From a virus: DNA of 64,000 nucleotides. The number at the start of each line of letters is the position of its first letter. The first letter of the stretch is position 1. The notes beneath the pieces are model-generated. The model was given only the letters and a program-made list of their open reading frames with translations. It did not search any database and was not told the origin of the DNA. A program made the translations under genes and the position numbers. Positions 26,276-37,070 of this stretch are shown piece after piece. The DNA lies in IMG/VR virus record IMGVR_UViG_3300023196_003770, positions 1 through 64,000 of that record, one strand, 5' to 3'.

Positions 26276-29200
26276 TCAGAATATCTTTTTTCTTGTGATA
26301 TTATTGTTCAAACCCTGTGTCACCAAAGCGTTCCGCAACGTTGATCTTAAACGTGACATACTATTGCCATTAGCGGTCTGCGTTATGGTTGGAACTATAG
26401 TTCCTTGTCTCGTATCTTCTGCGGTTTCTATCTGAACAAATATGTCCTTAAGAATAAACTCGGATGCCTTCCCATCAATAAGATAATATTTGTTATTTTG
26501 ACCTTCTTTTCTGTATATAATTTTATTTCCCAATGGTGTTAACAATGCATTGATGTCTGGATTTAGTAATTTTGTTTTTTCAATATCAATTTCCATTACA
26601 TACATTTGTATTGGCAAATAAAATATTCTGTCAAAGACTTTTGGATACAAAACACGACTAACAACTTCGCCTTGATTAAAAACCAAACTTCCATATGTGA
26701 ATATTCTATATAAGTCTTTTACATCATCAGCTATGTCCGTATTAGCTAATATTTGTGCTGTTGAACTTTGTCCAGAAGGAACAGATAGATTCAATTGCTT
26801 TATATAAGCATCTATTAAATTTCTTGCTTTTGGATTGAGAATACGAGATGGCGCCGTGGGGAAAACAAATGTATCTTCCGATGGTTTAACACCGGTTGTC
26901 ATACTCATATACAAACCAAACAAATAGCTATTTGTATGATTGACAATAAGCTCTTTAATTTGTTCTTCATTTAAGAAATTATATTTTGGATCTTTTTTAA
27001 GAGAATCATATGATACTTCTTTTGGATTGAAAGGTTCTTCAAAATCTGTAATCGATAATCTGTTAAGAACATCAATATATCTTTCGCCAACTTGAGGTTT
27101 TGTATCAATCAAATTCTTTTTTGTTGTAAAAAGGCTGGCATCAAAAATAAGCTTCGTTGGTTTAAATATCAAATTTGGATACTTGGCATTACGCACATAA
27201 ACGTTAACGTATATGATGTCTCCTTGACGATCTCTAAACGTTTTATCATTAACGTTTCTAATGCTTATTTTATCCGTCAGATACTTAGTAAACCCGGAAG
27301 GAAGACCAACCGTTAGTATCTTATAATTTCTTTTTATATCCGCTTCACCAAAGCCTGTTGTTGGTTTATAGTTTTCTAACATCTTTTCTAATGCAGAATA
27401 TTCTTCCGGAACTATAACGTCTGACACTATCATCTCAATATCTTTAATATTCGTATTTGAGTTAGTGCCGCCACCAGGATTTGACACAAATGTAAGTGGA
27501 ACATTTGTTTTTTGTTTTATGTCTTGAAATGTTTGTGCTGATATACGAAGCTGAGAAAGATTTTTAATTAAATTTAAGTTTGTTATTGGACTTGATTTCA
27601 AAAAAGCTTTTAATCCATCTTGAGTGAAGAATTGTTTTACTTGATTTAGTGAAAGATTTAAGTTGTCTCCAATAACTTTATATATTCCCAATATGTTGCT
27701 TATATCATCATATTCTTGTTGAATTTTTTTCTTATTATTTTCCAATGCAACAAAGTATACATTGTTACTTCTTTCGGTTTGCAAGTCTTCTTCTTTAGAA
27801 TCCGAAGTAAGAAGACCTATAGCCTTTTGTGTCATTCCAGTATTTGTTAAATCAATAGCTAAATTAACGACGTTGATAACTCCCGTTTTTGTTTCCGAAG
27901 AAACAGCCGCCGTGAAACTAACATTTACTGTTCCATCTGGTCCAGGTTGGTCACCTTGCTTATCTGCTTGAACTTGATAAGACCCTGATACTCTTGTTTC
28001 TGTTAGTTGTATTTTTCCAAAAACATCTTGACTTAAACTTCCCTTTATTTTTATGAATGAATACTTTTTGGCATATTGACAAAATATTTCATAAAGCATG
28101 AAAAGTTGTGTGCTGCAACTAAGAGAACTCAATCTTGTTCTTCCGGAATTGTCATTTAGTAAATGCACATTTGAACCGTTGACTTGTGCCGACTCAAAAA
28201 AAATGTTGACAAGCTTAATATATTGATATATTAAATTAATACTTCCAAATGGTCCTTGACCTAAAACAGCTTTTTGCAAAACGTTTGATATATCAGTGAT
28301 GCTTATAAATGTTGTAATCTCTTTGCCGCTATTAAATCCAGAAACATATGGATTGTCTGGAGATTCAGATTTTATTCCTTGTTGATATCTGGATGATATT
28401 GCATCGGCAGATTGTTTAAGTAAATTAAAAAGCTTAGAACCATCTACGGTACTTGTGTCTTCAGTAAAATCTGTCAGTATAGATTTATACAAAGAAGAAA
28501 GTTTTGAGACTGTATCTATCTCATTTCTTGCCAATATATTGAACAGACCTGTTTTTTGTTCTGGCAAGTTTCTTATAAGTCCAGCTAATATACAGAATTG
28601 AAAAAGCTCAACCTTTAAATCCGGATCTGAATTGGCAGCATTGAATATGCTCATTATTAAAGCTTGTTCGGTGGTTACTTCAAGAATTCCTGGGTCTGGT
28701 ACATTAAGTTCATTAATCTGTCTTGTGAGATCGTCAATTCTTTTTTGTAGAGCTTTGACAATAGGAGGGTTCTTGATTTCATCAATTGCTTTGTCAATCC
28801 CAGACTCAGTAGCCTGATATGCATTATCCCGGTCCCCCGACGAGTTTAGACCGCCTCCCTGGCGTGATACTTCGATCTCACCAGCCGGAATATTTTTTTG
28901 CTCTTCTGTCAACTGTTCTGTAGCTTCTTTCTTGTTTTGTTCCAGAGCCAGTTTCTTAAGATATTTTGCAGGATCTAATCTACTTGCAACCTCTTCTTCG
29001 GTTTCAGTAACTTTATCAAATGCAACATAAAAAGCTTGCAAGATTTTCTTTTGAAGATCAATCGGATTCAACAGTTTATCTATTGTTTGACCAGCAGTTG
29101 TGGTATCTTCAACGTTGAAAAGAGTAGTAATGATATCAGAAGCATTTTGAATTATTGAAGTGTAATTGCTTATATACGTCGTATAAGGTTCTGTATTCCA

Positions 29201-30628
29201 TTCTGTCCCAGAGGGTTTTATAATTTGTTCAGAATAATAAGAATCACCAGGAATCCAAACCAAATTTGAATTGTTGGGATCGTTGATATATTTTGTTTCA
29301 AAAGGCAATACATTGACATTTGATTGTCCTTGTAATGGAACATATGTTAACGACGATATTCCATTTCTATTTTGTGGCGCTTGTAGTATGTTATTTGAGA
29401 TATCTCCTAATATAGCTACAAATGGATTTCCGGAATTTGGTGCATTAAATTTTCTAAGTAATGTTTGATTTTTTGAATTTCCAAGTCCGCTTGAGATAAC
29501 GTATTCTTTGGCTAAAACATATGTAAGTAAATTAATTCTTGAATCTGTCTCTGTTGGTAATAAGCTTAAGAACTTGTTAAAAGTAGCAGGGTCAGATGCA
29601 TTAATAACAGCATTATTTTGAGGCTGAAAGTTTGATATATCAAAGTTATAACCAACTGTTTCTTGGCTAAGATCTAAATTGATAGGGCTCCTGTCGCCCA
29701 GCCGTGCCAAGTTTAATCTATCCAAAAATCCAAATGAATAGTTTTTAAGTCTTATATTGAAATCATATAAAAGTTGCAAAAATAGCTTTGTTTCAGAAAA
29801 TATTGAATATTGTTCTTCTGTATATTTCATGTTTTCAATGAAAAACTTCTTAAGAGAAGGAATATTCTTTTGATTAATTTTATAATTTTCTTCTGGTATT
29901 AATCTTATCTCAAGTGATTTCTTGATCGTATTGATATTATCTAATACGTTTTTATAAAAATTTAGGTTATTTTGAACGAGTTGAATTTCTCCAAGATAAT
30001 CATTGCGAACCGGTCCAAATACATTGTTTTGAGTATTAGCCGCTTTAACGTTTTTAATAACGCTTAATAATGTATCTTGTCTTAACTGTTTGGTCTGATA
30101 TTGAAACTTTAAAAACAAACCAGAATCCGTGTATTGTCTCTGTAGTATAGAATCTGCGTTCGCTGAATTAGTTAAAGCTTTCCACATTGGAGCTAAATCC
30201 AAAACAGAGATCAGTTCTGGACGCAAATCTTGTCCGGAGACACCTGCGCTCGCCGCAAATTGAAGTTGATTATCTGTTGACGTTAACGTCGCAACATTTA
30301 ATGAATCTTGAGATAGCTTGGCGCTTGTTTGTTCAAGAGGAGGAGAATAAGAAATGAGCGAGGGGACAGTCCTGCCGCCTTGTAACGGCTTTTGATTTAG
30401 TAATGTGTATAAGGTATTAGTATTAATTTTGCGAGCGTTATAGCTGACATTAGGAGGAGCAACAAAATTAAAGTTTTTTGTATTTGGTATACGATTTATT
30501 AAATTTGCAAATGTGATATCAACGGTTTCATTAACACCAGAAGCAATAGAATCACCAAGTGTTTCTTTTGCTGGATTGGTAACAATACCTGCATCGTTTC
30601 CAGTTGTTTTTCTTATATTGACTGACAT
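26276..30628 (-). CDS. large virion structural protein (1450 aa), function unknown
   Basis: Long N/Q/S/T-rich ORF in the structural module; no family recognised. Confidence 0.75.
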   Translation of the reverse strand: MSVNIRKTTGNDAGIVTNPAKETLGDSIASGVNETVDITFANLINRIPNTKNFNFVAPPNVSYNARKINTNTLYTLLNQKPLQGGRTVPSLISYSPPLEQTSAKLSQDSLNVATLTSTDNQLQFAASAGVSGQDLRPELISVLDLAPMWKALTNSANADSILQRQYTDSGLFLKFQYQTKQLRQDTLLSVIKNVKAANTQNNVFGPVRNDYLGEIQLVQNNLNFYKNVLDNINTIKKSLEIRLIPEENYKINQKNIPSLKKFFIENMKYTEEQYSIFSETKLFLQLLYDFNIRLKNYSFGFLDRLNLARLGDRSPINLDLSQETVGYNFDISNFQPQNNAVINASDPATFNKFLSLLPTETDSRINLLTYVLAKEYVISSGLGNSKNQTLLRKFNAPNSGNPFVAILGDISNNILQAPQNRNGISSLTYVPLQGQSNVNVLPFETKYINDPNNSNLVWIPGDSYYSEQIIKPSGTEWNTEPYTTYISNYTSIIQNASDIITTLFNVEDTTTAGQTIDKLLNPIDLQKKILQAFYVAFDKVTETEEEVASRLDPAKYLKKLALEQNKKEATEQLTEEQKNIPAGEIEVSRQGGGLNSSGDRDNAYQATESGIDKAIDEIKNPPIVKALQKRIDDLTRQINELNVPDPGILEVTTEQALIMSIFNAANSDPDLKVELFQFCILAGLIRNLPEQKTGLFNILARNEIDTVSKLSSLYKSILTDFTEDTSTVDGSKLFNLLKQSADAISSRYQQGIKSESPDNPYVSGFNSGKEITTFISITDISNVLQKAVLGQGPFGSINLIYQYIKLVNIFFESAQVNGSNVHLLNDNSGRTRLSSLSCSTQLFMLYEIFCQYAKKYSFIKIKGSLSQDVFGKIQLTETRVSGSYQVQADKQGDQPGPDGTVNVSFTAAVSSETKTGVINVVNLAIDLTNTGMTQKAIGLLTSDSKEEDLQTERSNNVYFVALENNKKKIQQEYDDISNILGIYKVIGDNLNLSLNQVKQFFTQDGLKAFLKSSPITNLNLIKNLSQLRISAQTFQDIKQKTNVPLTFVSNPGGGTNSNTNIKDIEMIVSDVIVPEEYSALEKMLENYKPTTGFGEADIKRNYKILTVGLPSGFTKYLTDKISIRNVNDKTFRDRQGDIIYVNVYVRNAKYPNLIFKPTKLIFDASLFTTKKNLIDTKPQVGERYIDVLNRLSITDFEEPFNPKEVSYDSLKKDPKYNFLNEEQIKELIVNHTNSYLFGLYMSMTTGVKPSEDTFVFPTAPSRILNPKARNLIDAYIKQLNLSVPSGQSSTAQILANTDIADDVKDLYRIFTYGSLVFNQGEVVSRVLYPKVFDRIFYLPIQMYVMEIDIEKTKLLNPDINALLTPLGNKIIYRKEGQNNKYYLIDGKASEFILKDIFVQIETAEDTRQGTIVPTITQTANGNSMSRLRSTLRNALVTQGLNNNITRKKIF

Positions 30629-30646
30629 AGGCTTTTATAAGTAGTA

Positions 30647-33103
30647 TTATATGACAATTCTATTTGTTTGTGATGGTGTTCCTTGTATATCATTGTAATA
30701 AACTGGAGTTATAAAGTATGTGGCCGGTCCCTTTTCGTTATTGTTTAGCTGATCTAGATACGTATATTTGCCTGTAGAGTTCATACTGTGAGCTGCTCCA
30801 ACAATTGTTTTAAGTCCAGACATATCACGAGTTATTATAAAATAGTCAATTTTTTTATGATTTCCGGATACGCTCCATTCTATTAAGCAACCCCTGTTTC
30901 TAATGAAGTTAACAACAGAGTTGATAATTTTAGGAAGGTCTTCAAGCACCGATATTGACGTTTCTTTTATATCAATTACCGGACCAAATTCAAATGATGG
31001 TAACGTTTGAGGATAGCTTCTTATGATAGATGTGTCGCTATATAAAGTGCCATTTCTAAAAGTTACCGGCTGGCTCCATTCATATGGATAATATTCATAA
31101 CTTTTTAAAAGATTTGAGTTTTTTCTACTTTCCTTAACCGTCTTTGAAACAGTTCTGTGGATAGTAGGATACAAAGTTTCCGGATCCCTTAAAAGAGTTG
31201 TAATTGTATACTTGTATTCTATCCCAGGAACTAATGGTTTTATGCCTTTTGATGTCCCTTGCTTTCTATCAGAAAAATTAACATCAGTTATAACGCCAAA
31301 ATCTTCAATCTCATTAGAATATTTATTAAGTCTTATAACCTTATAAGCAAATAAATTTTGTAATTTTTGTTTGTTGTTAATTATTTCTTGACCATATTCT
31401 GCTAATAGATTTTGATCAGTAAAAAGTTTCTTAAGATCCTCTGCTTGGTTACTGTTGATGCTATAGGAAACAGTAAACGTTACGTCAGGGATACCATTGC
31501 CATACGTAGTGTTTTGTATGTTTGTTATATTGGCGGTTGCTATATTCTTATCAATTGGTCTAAACTCAATAGTCAATAACTGAGGAGCCATCTGTTCGAT
31601 GCCGTCTAAATATATAATCCCAATCTTGTATTCATAAACGTTATATTTTTTAACATTCGTATCCACCAATCTCATAGGCAAAATACTGTTAGATTGAACA
31701 CGAATTATGTTTGAAATGCGAGCGAATTTTTCTTGATTAACAGTCTTATTTCTTCTATAAAAACAAATAGCTACAGCTTCAACTGGAACATCGGTCGCTT
31801 TAATAATTAACGAATCAACATCGGTAGAATAATCTAAGACACAGAAGCTTCTTCTGTTGGTGATTTTTCTTGAAAGAGCCCGACTGTGATTTGGTATTAG
31901 AATAGTGCTAAACACAGAAGATAAAGATTTATTTTCATCATATGGAATAAATCTATAAATGATATCATTATTTGTTTGCACCGCATCTCTGAAAGTATAT
32001 GGATCCATTCCAGAGGTCAAAGGGATATCAGCAATTTTAACATAATTAGCTGCGGTATCATTAGCCTGTGAAAACAAGGTTCTACGATAAACGGAAATTC
32101 CTTTTGCGACTGGATCTAATTGTTCTACCATTATAGTAGTTCCTGATGAACCAGGATTATTTTTCTTATTAATTCTTGGAGGTATAGTGATGAATAAAGT
32201 ATTGACATTTGTGTTATGGGATACGAATACCTCAAATCTTTGAAGTCTTATTTGATTGTTATCAAACAACTCAAATATTAATTTGAAATCTGATTTTCCA
32301 AATATACTAACGGGGATTATGATTTTATCTGAAACGTTAATTGTTTCTGTTGCAACTTTTTTAATGGTTGTTACAAATGTGTCTTTTGGTAAACTTTCTT
32401 GTGTTTTGATTGTAGTTTTAGAAAGTGCTGAAGATATGATATTTTTAACTCTTGAGTTTTGAGAGAACAATGAGGTTTGAGTAAAATTTAAAAGCGGTTT
32501 AACGCCAGCAAAAGTTTTTGCCAATGGAACAATAGCATTAGTTCCGCCAATATACAAACTCGCCGGATCAATCTTCTGTGTATATCTAAGATTATTTAGT
32601 TGCTTTCTTATATTGAACTTACTTGGAGCAATGTTCTGTAATAAGTTGGCATTGATATTAAGATTATTAGTATTTGTATTTTGATTTAGCGCATTCATTG
32701 CGCCAACATTTTCACTAACAAACACACGTGTATATAGATCGTTATTTTTAACATCACTAACAGAATAATATTTGCGGATATCTCGTCTTACGGAAAAAGC
32801 ATAATTGTTTCTGGCATAAGATAAATTTTGATATATATTGACTTGCTGCAATATGTTATCAACCATCGTTTCTGCCGATGATCCTTTTATGATTTGAGGT
32901 TTTCTATTGTTGTTTCCAAGTTCTGTAGAAATGCTTATCGTTAACGATGTTGCCTTTAAAGCATCTGCCAACTTAGGATTAAAGGAATACGTTAAACGAT
33001 ATATAGCTAAACCACTTATAACTTTATTAAGAACTGGATTTACTGTATCTTGTTTTATTATTGCGGATTGCGGAGATTGCTTGCTTAAAACCGGTAATAC
33101 CAT
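30647..33103 (-). CDS. virion structural protein with repeated FN3/Ig-like domains
   Basis: Repeated VYRR...D......Y.Y patterns (DTNVKKYNVYEYKI, LVPGIEYKYTI, YTYLD...YFITPV). Confidence 0.7.
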   Translation of the reverse strand: MVLPVLSKQSPQSAIIKQDTVNPVLNKVISGLAIYRLTYSFNPKLADALKATSLTISISTELGNNNRKPQIIKGSSAETMVDNILQQVNIYQNLSYARNNYAFSVRRDIRKYYSVSDVKNNDLYTRVFVSENVGAMNALNQNTNTNNLNINANLLQNIAPSKFNIRKQLNNLRYTQKIDPASLYIGGTNAIVPLAKTFAGVKPLLNFTQTSLFSQNSRVKNIISSALSKTTIKTQESLPKDTFVTTIKKVATETINVSDKIIIPVSIFGKSDFKLIFELFDNNQIRLQRFEVFVSHNTNVNTLFITIPPRINKKNNPGSSGTTIMVEQLDPVAKGISVYRRTLFSQANDTAANYVKIADIPLTSGMDPYTFRDAVQTNNDIIYRFIPYDENKSLSSVFSTILIPNHSRALSRKITNRRSFCVLDYSTDVDSLIIKATDVPVEAVAICFYRRNKTVNQEKFARISNIIRVQSNSILPMRLVDTNVKKYNVYEYKIGIIYLDGIEQMAPQLLTIEFRPIDKNIATANITNIQNTTYGNGIPDVTFTVSYSINSNQAEDLKKLFTDQNLLAEYGQEIINNKQKLQNLFAYKVIRLNKYSNEIEDFGVITDVNFSDRKQGTSKGIKPLVPGIEYKYTITTLLRDPETLYPTIHRTVSKTVKESRKNSNLLKSYEYYPYEWSQPVTFRNGTLYSDTSIIRSYPQTLPSFEFGPVIDIKETSISVLEDLPKIINSVVNFIRNRGCLIEWSVSGNHKKIDYFIITRDMSGLKTIVGAAHSMNSTGKYTYLDQLNNNEKGPATYFITPVYYNDIQGTPSQTNRIVI

Positions 33104-33110
33104 ATTAATC

Positions 33111-34082
33111 CTATAGCTCCCAAACCAAAGTAAACATATTGACGAAAGTTGGGGTATTGTTGCTGTCTATAAATACTTTACCAACGAAAAATACATGATG
33201 GGCATTTCCGTTTCGGTCTGGAGGAAATATGCCATAGTCAACAACATCAAGCTTCTTCATCCCATCTGAATATACTTCAAAGAATTGACATAACAAGTTA
33301 TTTTGACGTGAGGTTTCCGTAAAATCAATATCGTAGCTATAACCAGTCTGTTGAGATGCGCTCAGTTCCGTAGCTAAATCTTGATAAGAAACATATGGAG
33401 CTTGATTTAAGTTTTTATATGATCCAATCACTAAAGAATTTGTTTTGCCAATTCTTGGCTTGTTAATTGGTGGCAGATATTGAAAGTTTGGTACGTGGGA
33501 AAGTCTCTTGTCAAAGAATATACTTTCTACTTTATCAATATCAATTTCCTGTATGCCAGCAGATGATATTGGATTGGTATCATTAATCTTATATGTTAAT
33601 TGTTTTTTGTCGAGAATGAATTCATTAAAGTTTATGTCTAACGGATCTGGGCTGGCTAATATTGAAAGCTTCTTAAAGTTTTCTAAAGATGAACTTAGCA
33701 GAGTTGTTGCTAATGAGGCAAACTGTGATCCACTTATAAACGGTGCTTCAAATCTTGTTGAACCGGTAAGAACAGGAAATACTTTTCCAGCTCTTACTCT
33801 ATAGCCGCTATTACCATCAACAAAGTTAGCTAAGAGATTGCCACTATCATCTGTTTCAAATACAATGACATCTTGCGGCAGATTACCGGCTTCAAATGTC
33901 AATCTTGAGGTGAAGTCTGGTCCGCCTGATACAAGCGTGTCTAAAGCGTATATGGCGCTTGCATCACTGAAAGATACGTATTCTACATTCATCTTTCCTG
34001 TGGCAGCTTGGCGTCTGCCTTCATTGGTGATGATGGTATCTAAAACCCTGCTGCGATTGTCAAGTATACCAGCCATTTTCAA
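33111..34082 (-). CDS. virion structural protein with tail-collar-like N-terminus
   Basis: GILD...RVLDTIITNEGRRQ...M.VEYVSFSD parallels the N-terminus of the 23605 ORF. Confidence 0.7.
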   Translation of the reverse strand: MKMAGILDNRSRVLDTIITNEGRRQAATGKMNVEYVSFSDASAIYALDTLVSGGPDFTSRLTFEAGNLPQDVIVFETDDSGNLLANFVDGNSGYRVRAGKVFPVLTGSTRFEAPFISGSQFASLATTLLSSSLENFKKLSILASPDPLDINFNEFILDKKQLTYKINDTNPISSAGIQEIDIDKVESIFFDKRLSHVPNFQYLPPINKPRIGKTNSLVIGSYKNLNQAPYVSYQDLATELSASQQTGYSYDIDFTETSRQNNLLCQFFEVYSDGMKKLDVVDYGIFPPDRNGNAHHVFFVGKVFIDSNNTPTFVNMFTLVWEL

Positions 34083-37069
34083 TCCTCATTTGGTCTATCA
34101 AAGAATGGTTGACCACTCCGATATTCTAAATCATAAATACCGCTATCATAAGGATTATAACTTGGATTTGTTGCAGTTACGTAATCTATAGTATCTGCAT
34201 ATATTGCAGTGCCGCTTACAAACTCAACACTAACTGGTCCATCAACAGTTCTCTTGAGAAACTGTTTTGGAAAGTTATATGGGTTTTCACCTTGTATTTG
34301 GATATATTTTGTAAAAATTCTTTGCTCCAACATATCTCGAAACTGTCCATATTTTCCTCGGCGCCAAATTGCAGAAGTTGGCGTGTTTATGCCGCTATAT
34401 AGTCCATATTTCCAGCCACGTATTTGCGGATTATATAGATTAAATTGAGGAATATCAACATGACCATATAAATCATATGGACTCCAATCAAGAAAGCTTG
34501 GTGTTTTACCTTTGCGCCCTACATTCAAAACTCCACCATATTGCCATTCAGTTAAATCTAACGAGAAACCATCTCCATAACCAAAAAAAGCCTTACTATA
34601 ATCATAGTTTGTTGGTTTTATAAAAGAACCTACTGGTTTATTAATCTTAACAAGAGGAGTAACAGTATATTGATCAATAAAATCAAATTTTGAATTTAGT
34701 GTTGTACTTCCGGATACATCTGCCAAACGACATATGAGCACGGTGTCATAAGTAATTGGAGGCATCATAATTGGGGTGTCATATATGTTTTCGTTAAAAT
34801 CATGAGTGGTGACGCCGCCTACAGTCATTGTAAATGGTGGTATTGAGATGTTGCTGACGTTAGATATTAATGTTCTTTCTATAGAACCAGCATAATAACT
34901 TCTAAAAGAGTTATTTCTATTTGTTGATGTATATACAACATTTTTAGAACCAGAACCATATGTTTGACTTGAATATATTACGTTTCCTAGTCCAGACGAT
35001 CCAGATAATCTATTTGGATAATCCAAGTCACCTCCATTTGTTCTTAAACTTACCCAATTGTTACCATCATCAGAACTAATTTGTATTTCCCCGTCATCTC
35101 CAACAATTACCCAATCATATGCCTCTAAGCCCTGATTTGAATTAAGGGAATACATTTTCTTAACATCTACAAAAGTGCCGTCATAGCTATTGGCTGGCGT
35201 TTTTTTAAGCCAATTTCCGCTCGAAACACCACCGTTTGTGTTTTTTAATATAGTCCCATTAGCACCAACGCATATTACAGTTCTGTTGCTTGCTAATCCG
35301 AGCGCACCGCTAATATGAGAATACGCTATTGAATATAATGGAGGAACATCGTCCTGGTCTGCCCAAATATTTACAAGATTAACATGACTATACGTATTTG
35401 TTGTAGCACTACCATTTGAACCAAATGATCGAGCAATATAACCAGAACCAGTCGGTGATAGGGTAGTGCAATCCAATCCACAAACCCAACTATAAGGGAA
35501 TGTCCCGGTTCTATCATCCCATTTTCCGCACGTAGTAGAAAACCATATAGTATCTGGTCGATCAGCTTGCCCAGCAGTATTTACTGTAAATGTATTTGCT
35601 TCGCAGCTTGCATATGCAGAAGCACCATCGTTTCCTCCGACACCTATTAACGCCCTCGTGTTTCTTGTAATGCCAAATTCATCATATGTATCTACCTTGC
35701 CAACAACAAATATTTGCTGAATTGTGGCAGTTATATTCTGCCCAGCAGGATTTTTAGTAGAAAAAGAATATAGATCAATATCAATTGGAGTAGTGCCGCC
35801 CGCACCCATGTTAGATTCTTGATCTAAGTTAACTAATTCCCAGTCGTCTCTTGAGGGAACTTTATTCTGCCATCTACTGGATTTAGTTCGAACCAATTTC
35901 CCTCTTCTGTTTCCGTTTGTATCAATAGCTTCTACAATTAATAACCATTGCAAATGACTGCCATCTGTATTAATAAGTGCTGAATTATATGCTATAGGCA
36001 TCGCATCACGAATAGAGCCAGTTGCATTTGTATATGACGGTATTATGCCTTGCCCGGCGCTATATATAGTCGGCGGCCAATTATCTATTTGCAATGGCAA
36101 GTTAAATGCATTTGGGTCCACGGCGCTCGCCAAGGCATGAATCGAAGAAATAGTGTTCCACGTATGGGACAGCCCAGTTGAGCTTGTTAATATTGTTCCA
36201 TTTTCTCCAAAAGCAACATAAGCTGGATTTACAGACCCAGAATAGTTGCTCAGGTATACTTTTTGTAATGGATTATAAGATTTTGTATATACGTGCTTAT
36301 GTGATATATTAGATGGTAAACTGGTTTTCGAACCAAGACCCACCCATATCTGAGAATATTGAGCATATCTTTTAAATGTTCCATCTCCATATGCATAAAA
36401 CAAAGAGCCTAATTTATTTGTTTGAAATGGAGGACTATAAAAACTACTACTATATATATCAGTTTCTATGCTCTCATTATCTAATGAAGTTCCTAGATAC
36501 TTTTGCAGATTCTTGAACTTGGATTGAAAAGGATATTGATATAACCAATCTGGGTTTGTAAAAGAATTAATTGGGACTGTCAATATATTATTGTTTAATG
36601 CATTTGGAACAGGAATATTTGTTCCTTGTGCTGTTAAAAATATGTGTGCGCTAGCTTCTATCAACGATGTTCTATTAAGAACTGGTGATGCATTTAAACT
36701 GGAAGAAAATACTTGTTTCCAACTTGAAGTAGTCTGCAAATAAGGCAACATCTGTTGATTAATATTTGCAATTCCTATAGGAGAAGGCGTAATAGAATTA
36801 TATATAATTTCATTATCACTAAATAATTTTATATTTCTATTTTGAGTTTTGGAAGGAATATAAGAGCCAGAGATATACCCAAATGCATCTGATCTAGAGA
36901 TATCCTTTGCAAAAAAGGAAGAAGATATTAATCCAGTTGTTTTTAAAGCTATTGTGCTACGAGTTGCGGCATATTCATTCTTAAAAATAGAGCCATAAAT
37001 ATACCGGTCAGTATATGATCCAGAATATGTTGCGTAAGTTTCAATTTCAAATTGATCAAAGATAGGCAT
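34079..37069 (-). CDS. virion protein with beta-propeller (YCF48/BNR-like) region, candidate receptor-binding protein
   Basis: Repeats VAFGENGTILTS...TW, CVGANGTILK.TNGG...W, IVGDDGEIQISSDDGNNW. Confidence 0.7.
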   Translation of the reverse strand: MPIFDQFEIETYATYSGSYTDRYIYGSIFKNEYAATRSTIALKTTGLISSSFFAKDISRSDAFGYISGSYIPSKTQNRNIKLFSDNEIIYNSITPSPIGIANINQQMLPYLQTTSSWKQVFSSSLNASPVLNRTSLIEASAHIFLTAQGTNIPVPNALNNNILTVPINSFTNPDWLYQYPFQSKFKNLQKYLGTSLDNESIETDIYSSSFYSPPFQTNKLGSLFYAYGDGTFKRYAQYSQIWVGLGSKTSLPSNISHKHVYTKSYNPLQKVYLSNYSGSVNPAYVAFGENGTILTSSTGLSHTWNTISSIHALASAVDPNAFNLPLQIDNWPPTIYSAGQGIIPSYTNATGSIRDAMPIAYNSALINTDGSHLQWLLIVEAIDTNGNRRGKLVRTKSSRWQNKVPSRDDWELVNLDQESNMGAGGTTPIDIDLYSFSTKNPAGQNITATIQQIFVVGKVDTYDEFGITRNTRALIGVGGNDGASAYASCEANTFTVNTAGQADRPDTIWFSTTCGKWDDRTGTFPYSWVCGLDCTTLSPTGSGYIARSFGSNGSATTNTYSHVNLVNIWADQDDVPPLYSIAYSHISGALGLASNRTVICVGANGTILKNTNGGVSSGNWLKKTPANSYDGTFVDVKKMYSLNSNQGLEAYDWVIVGDDGEIQISSDDGNNWVSLRTNGGDLDYPNRLSGSSGLGNVIYSSQTYGSGSKNVVYTSTNRNNSFRSYYAGSIERTLISNVSNISIPPFTMTVGGVTTHDFNENIYDTPIMMPPITYDTVLICRLADVSGSTTLNSKFDFIDQYTVTPLVKINKPVGSFIKPTNYDYSKAFFGYGDGFSLDLTEWQYGGVLNVGRKGKTPSFLDWSPYDLYGHVDIPQFNLYNPQIRGWKYGLYSGINTPTSAIWRRGKYGQFRDMLEQRIFTKYIQIQGENPYNFPKQFLKRTVDGPVSVEFVSGTAIYADTIDYVTATNPSYNPYDSGIYDLEYRSGQPFFDRPNED

Positions 37070-37070
37070 A

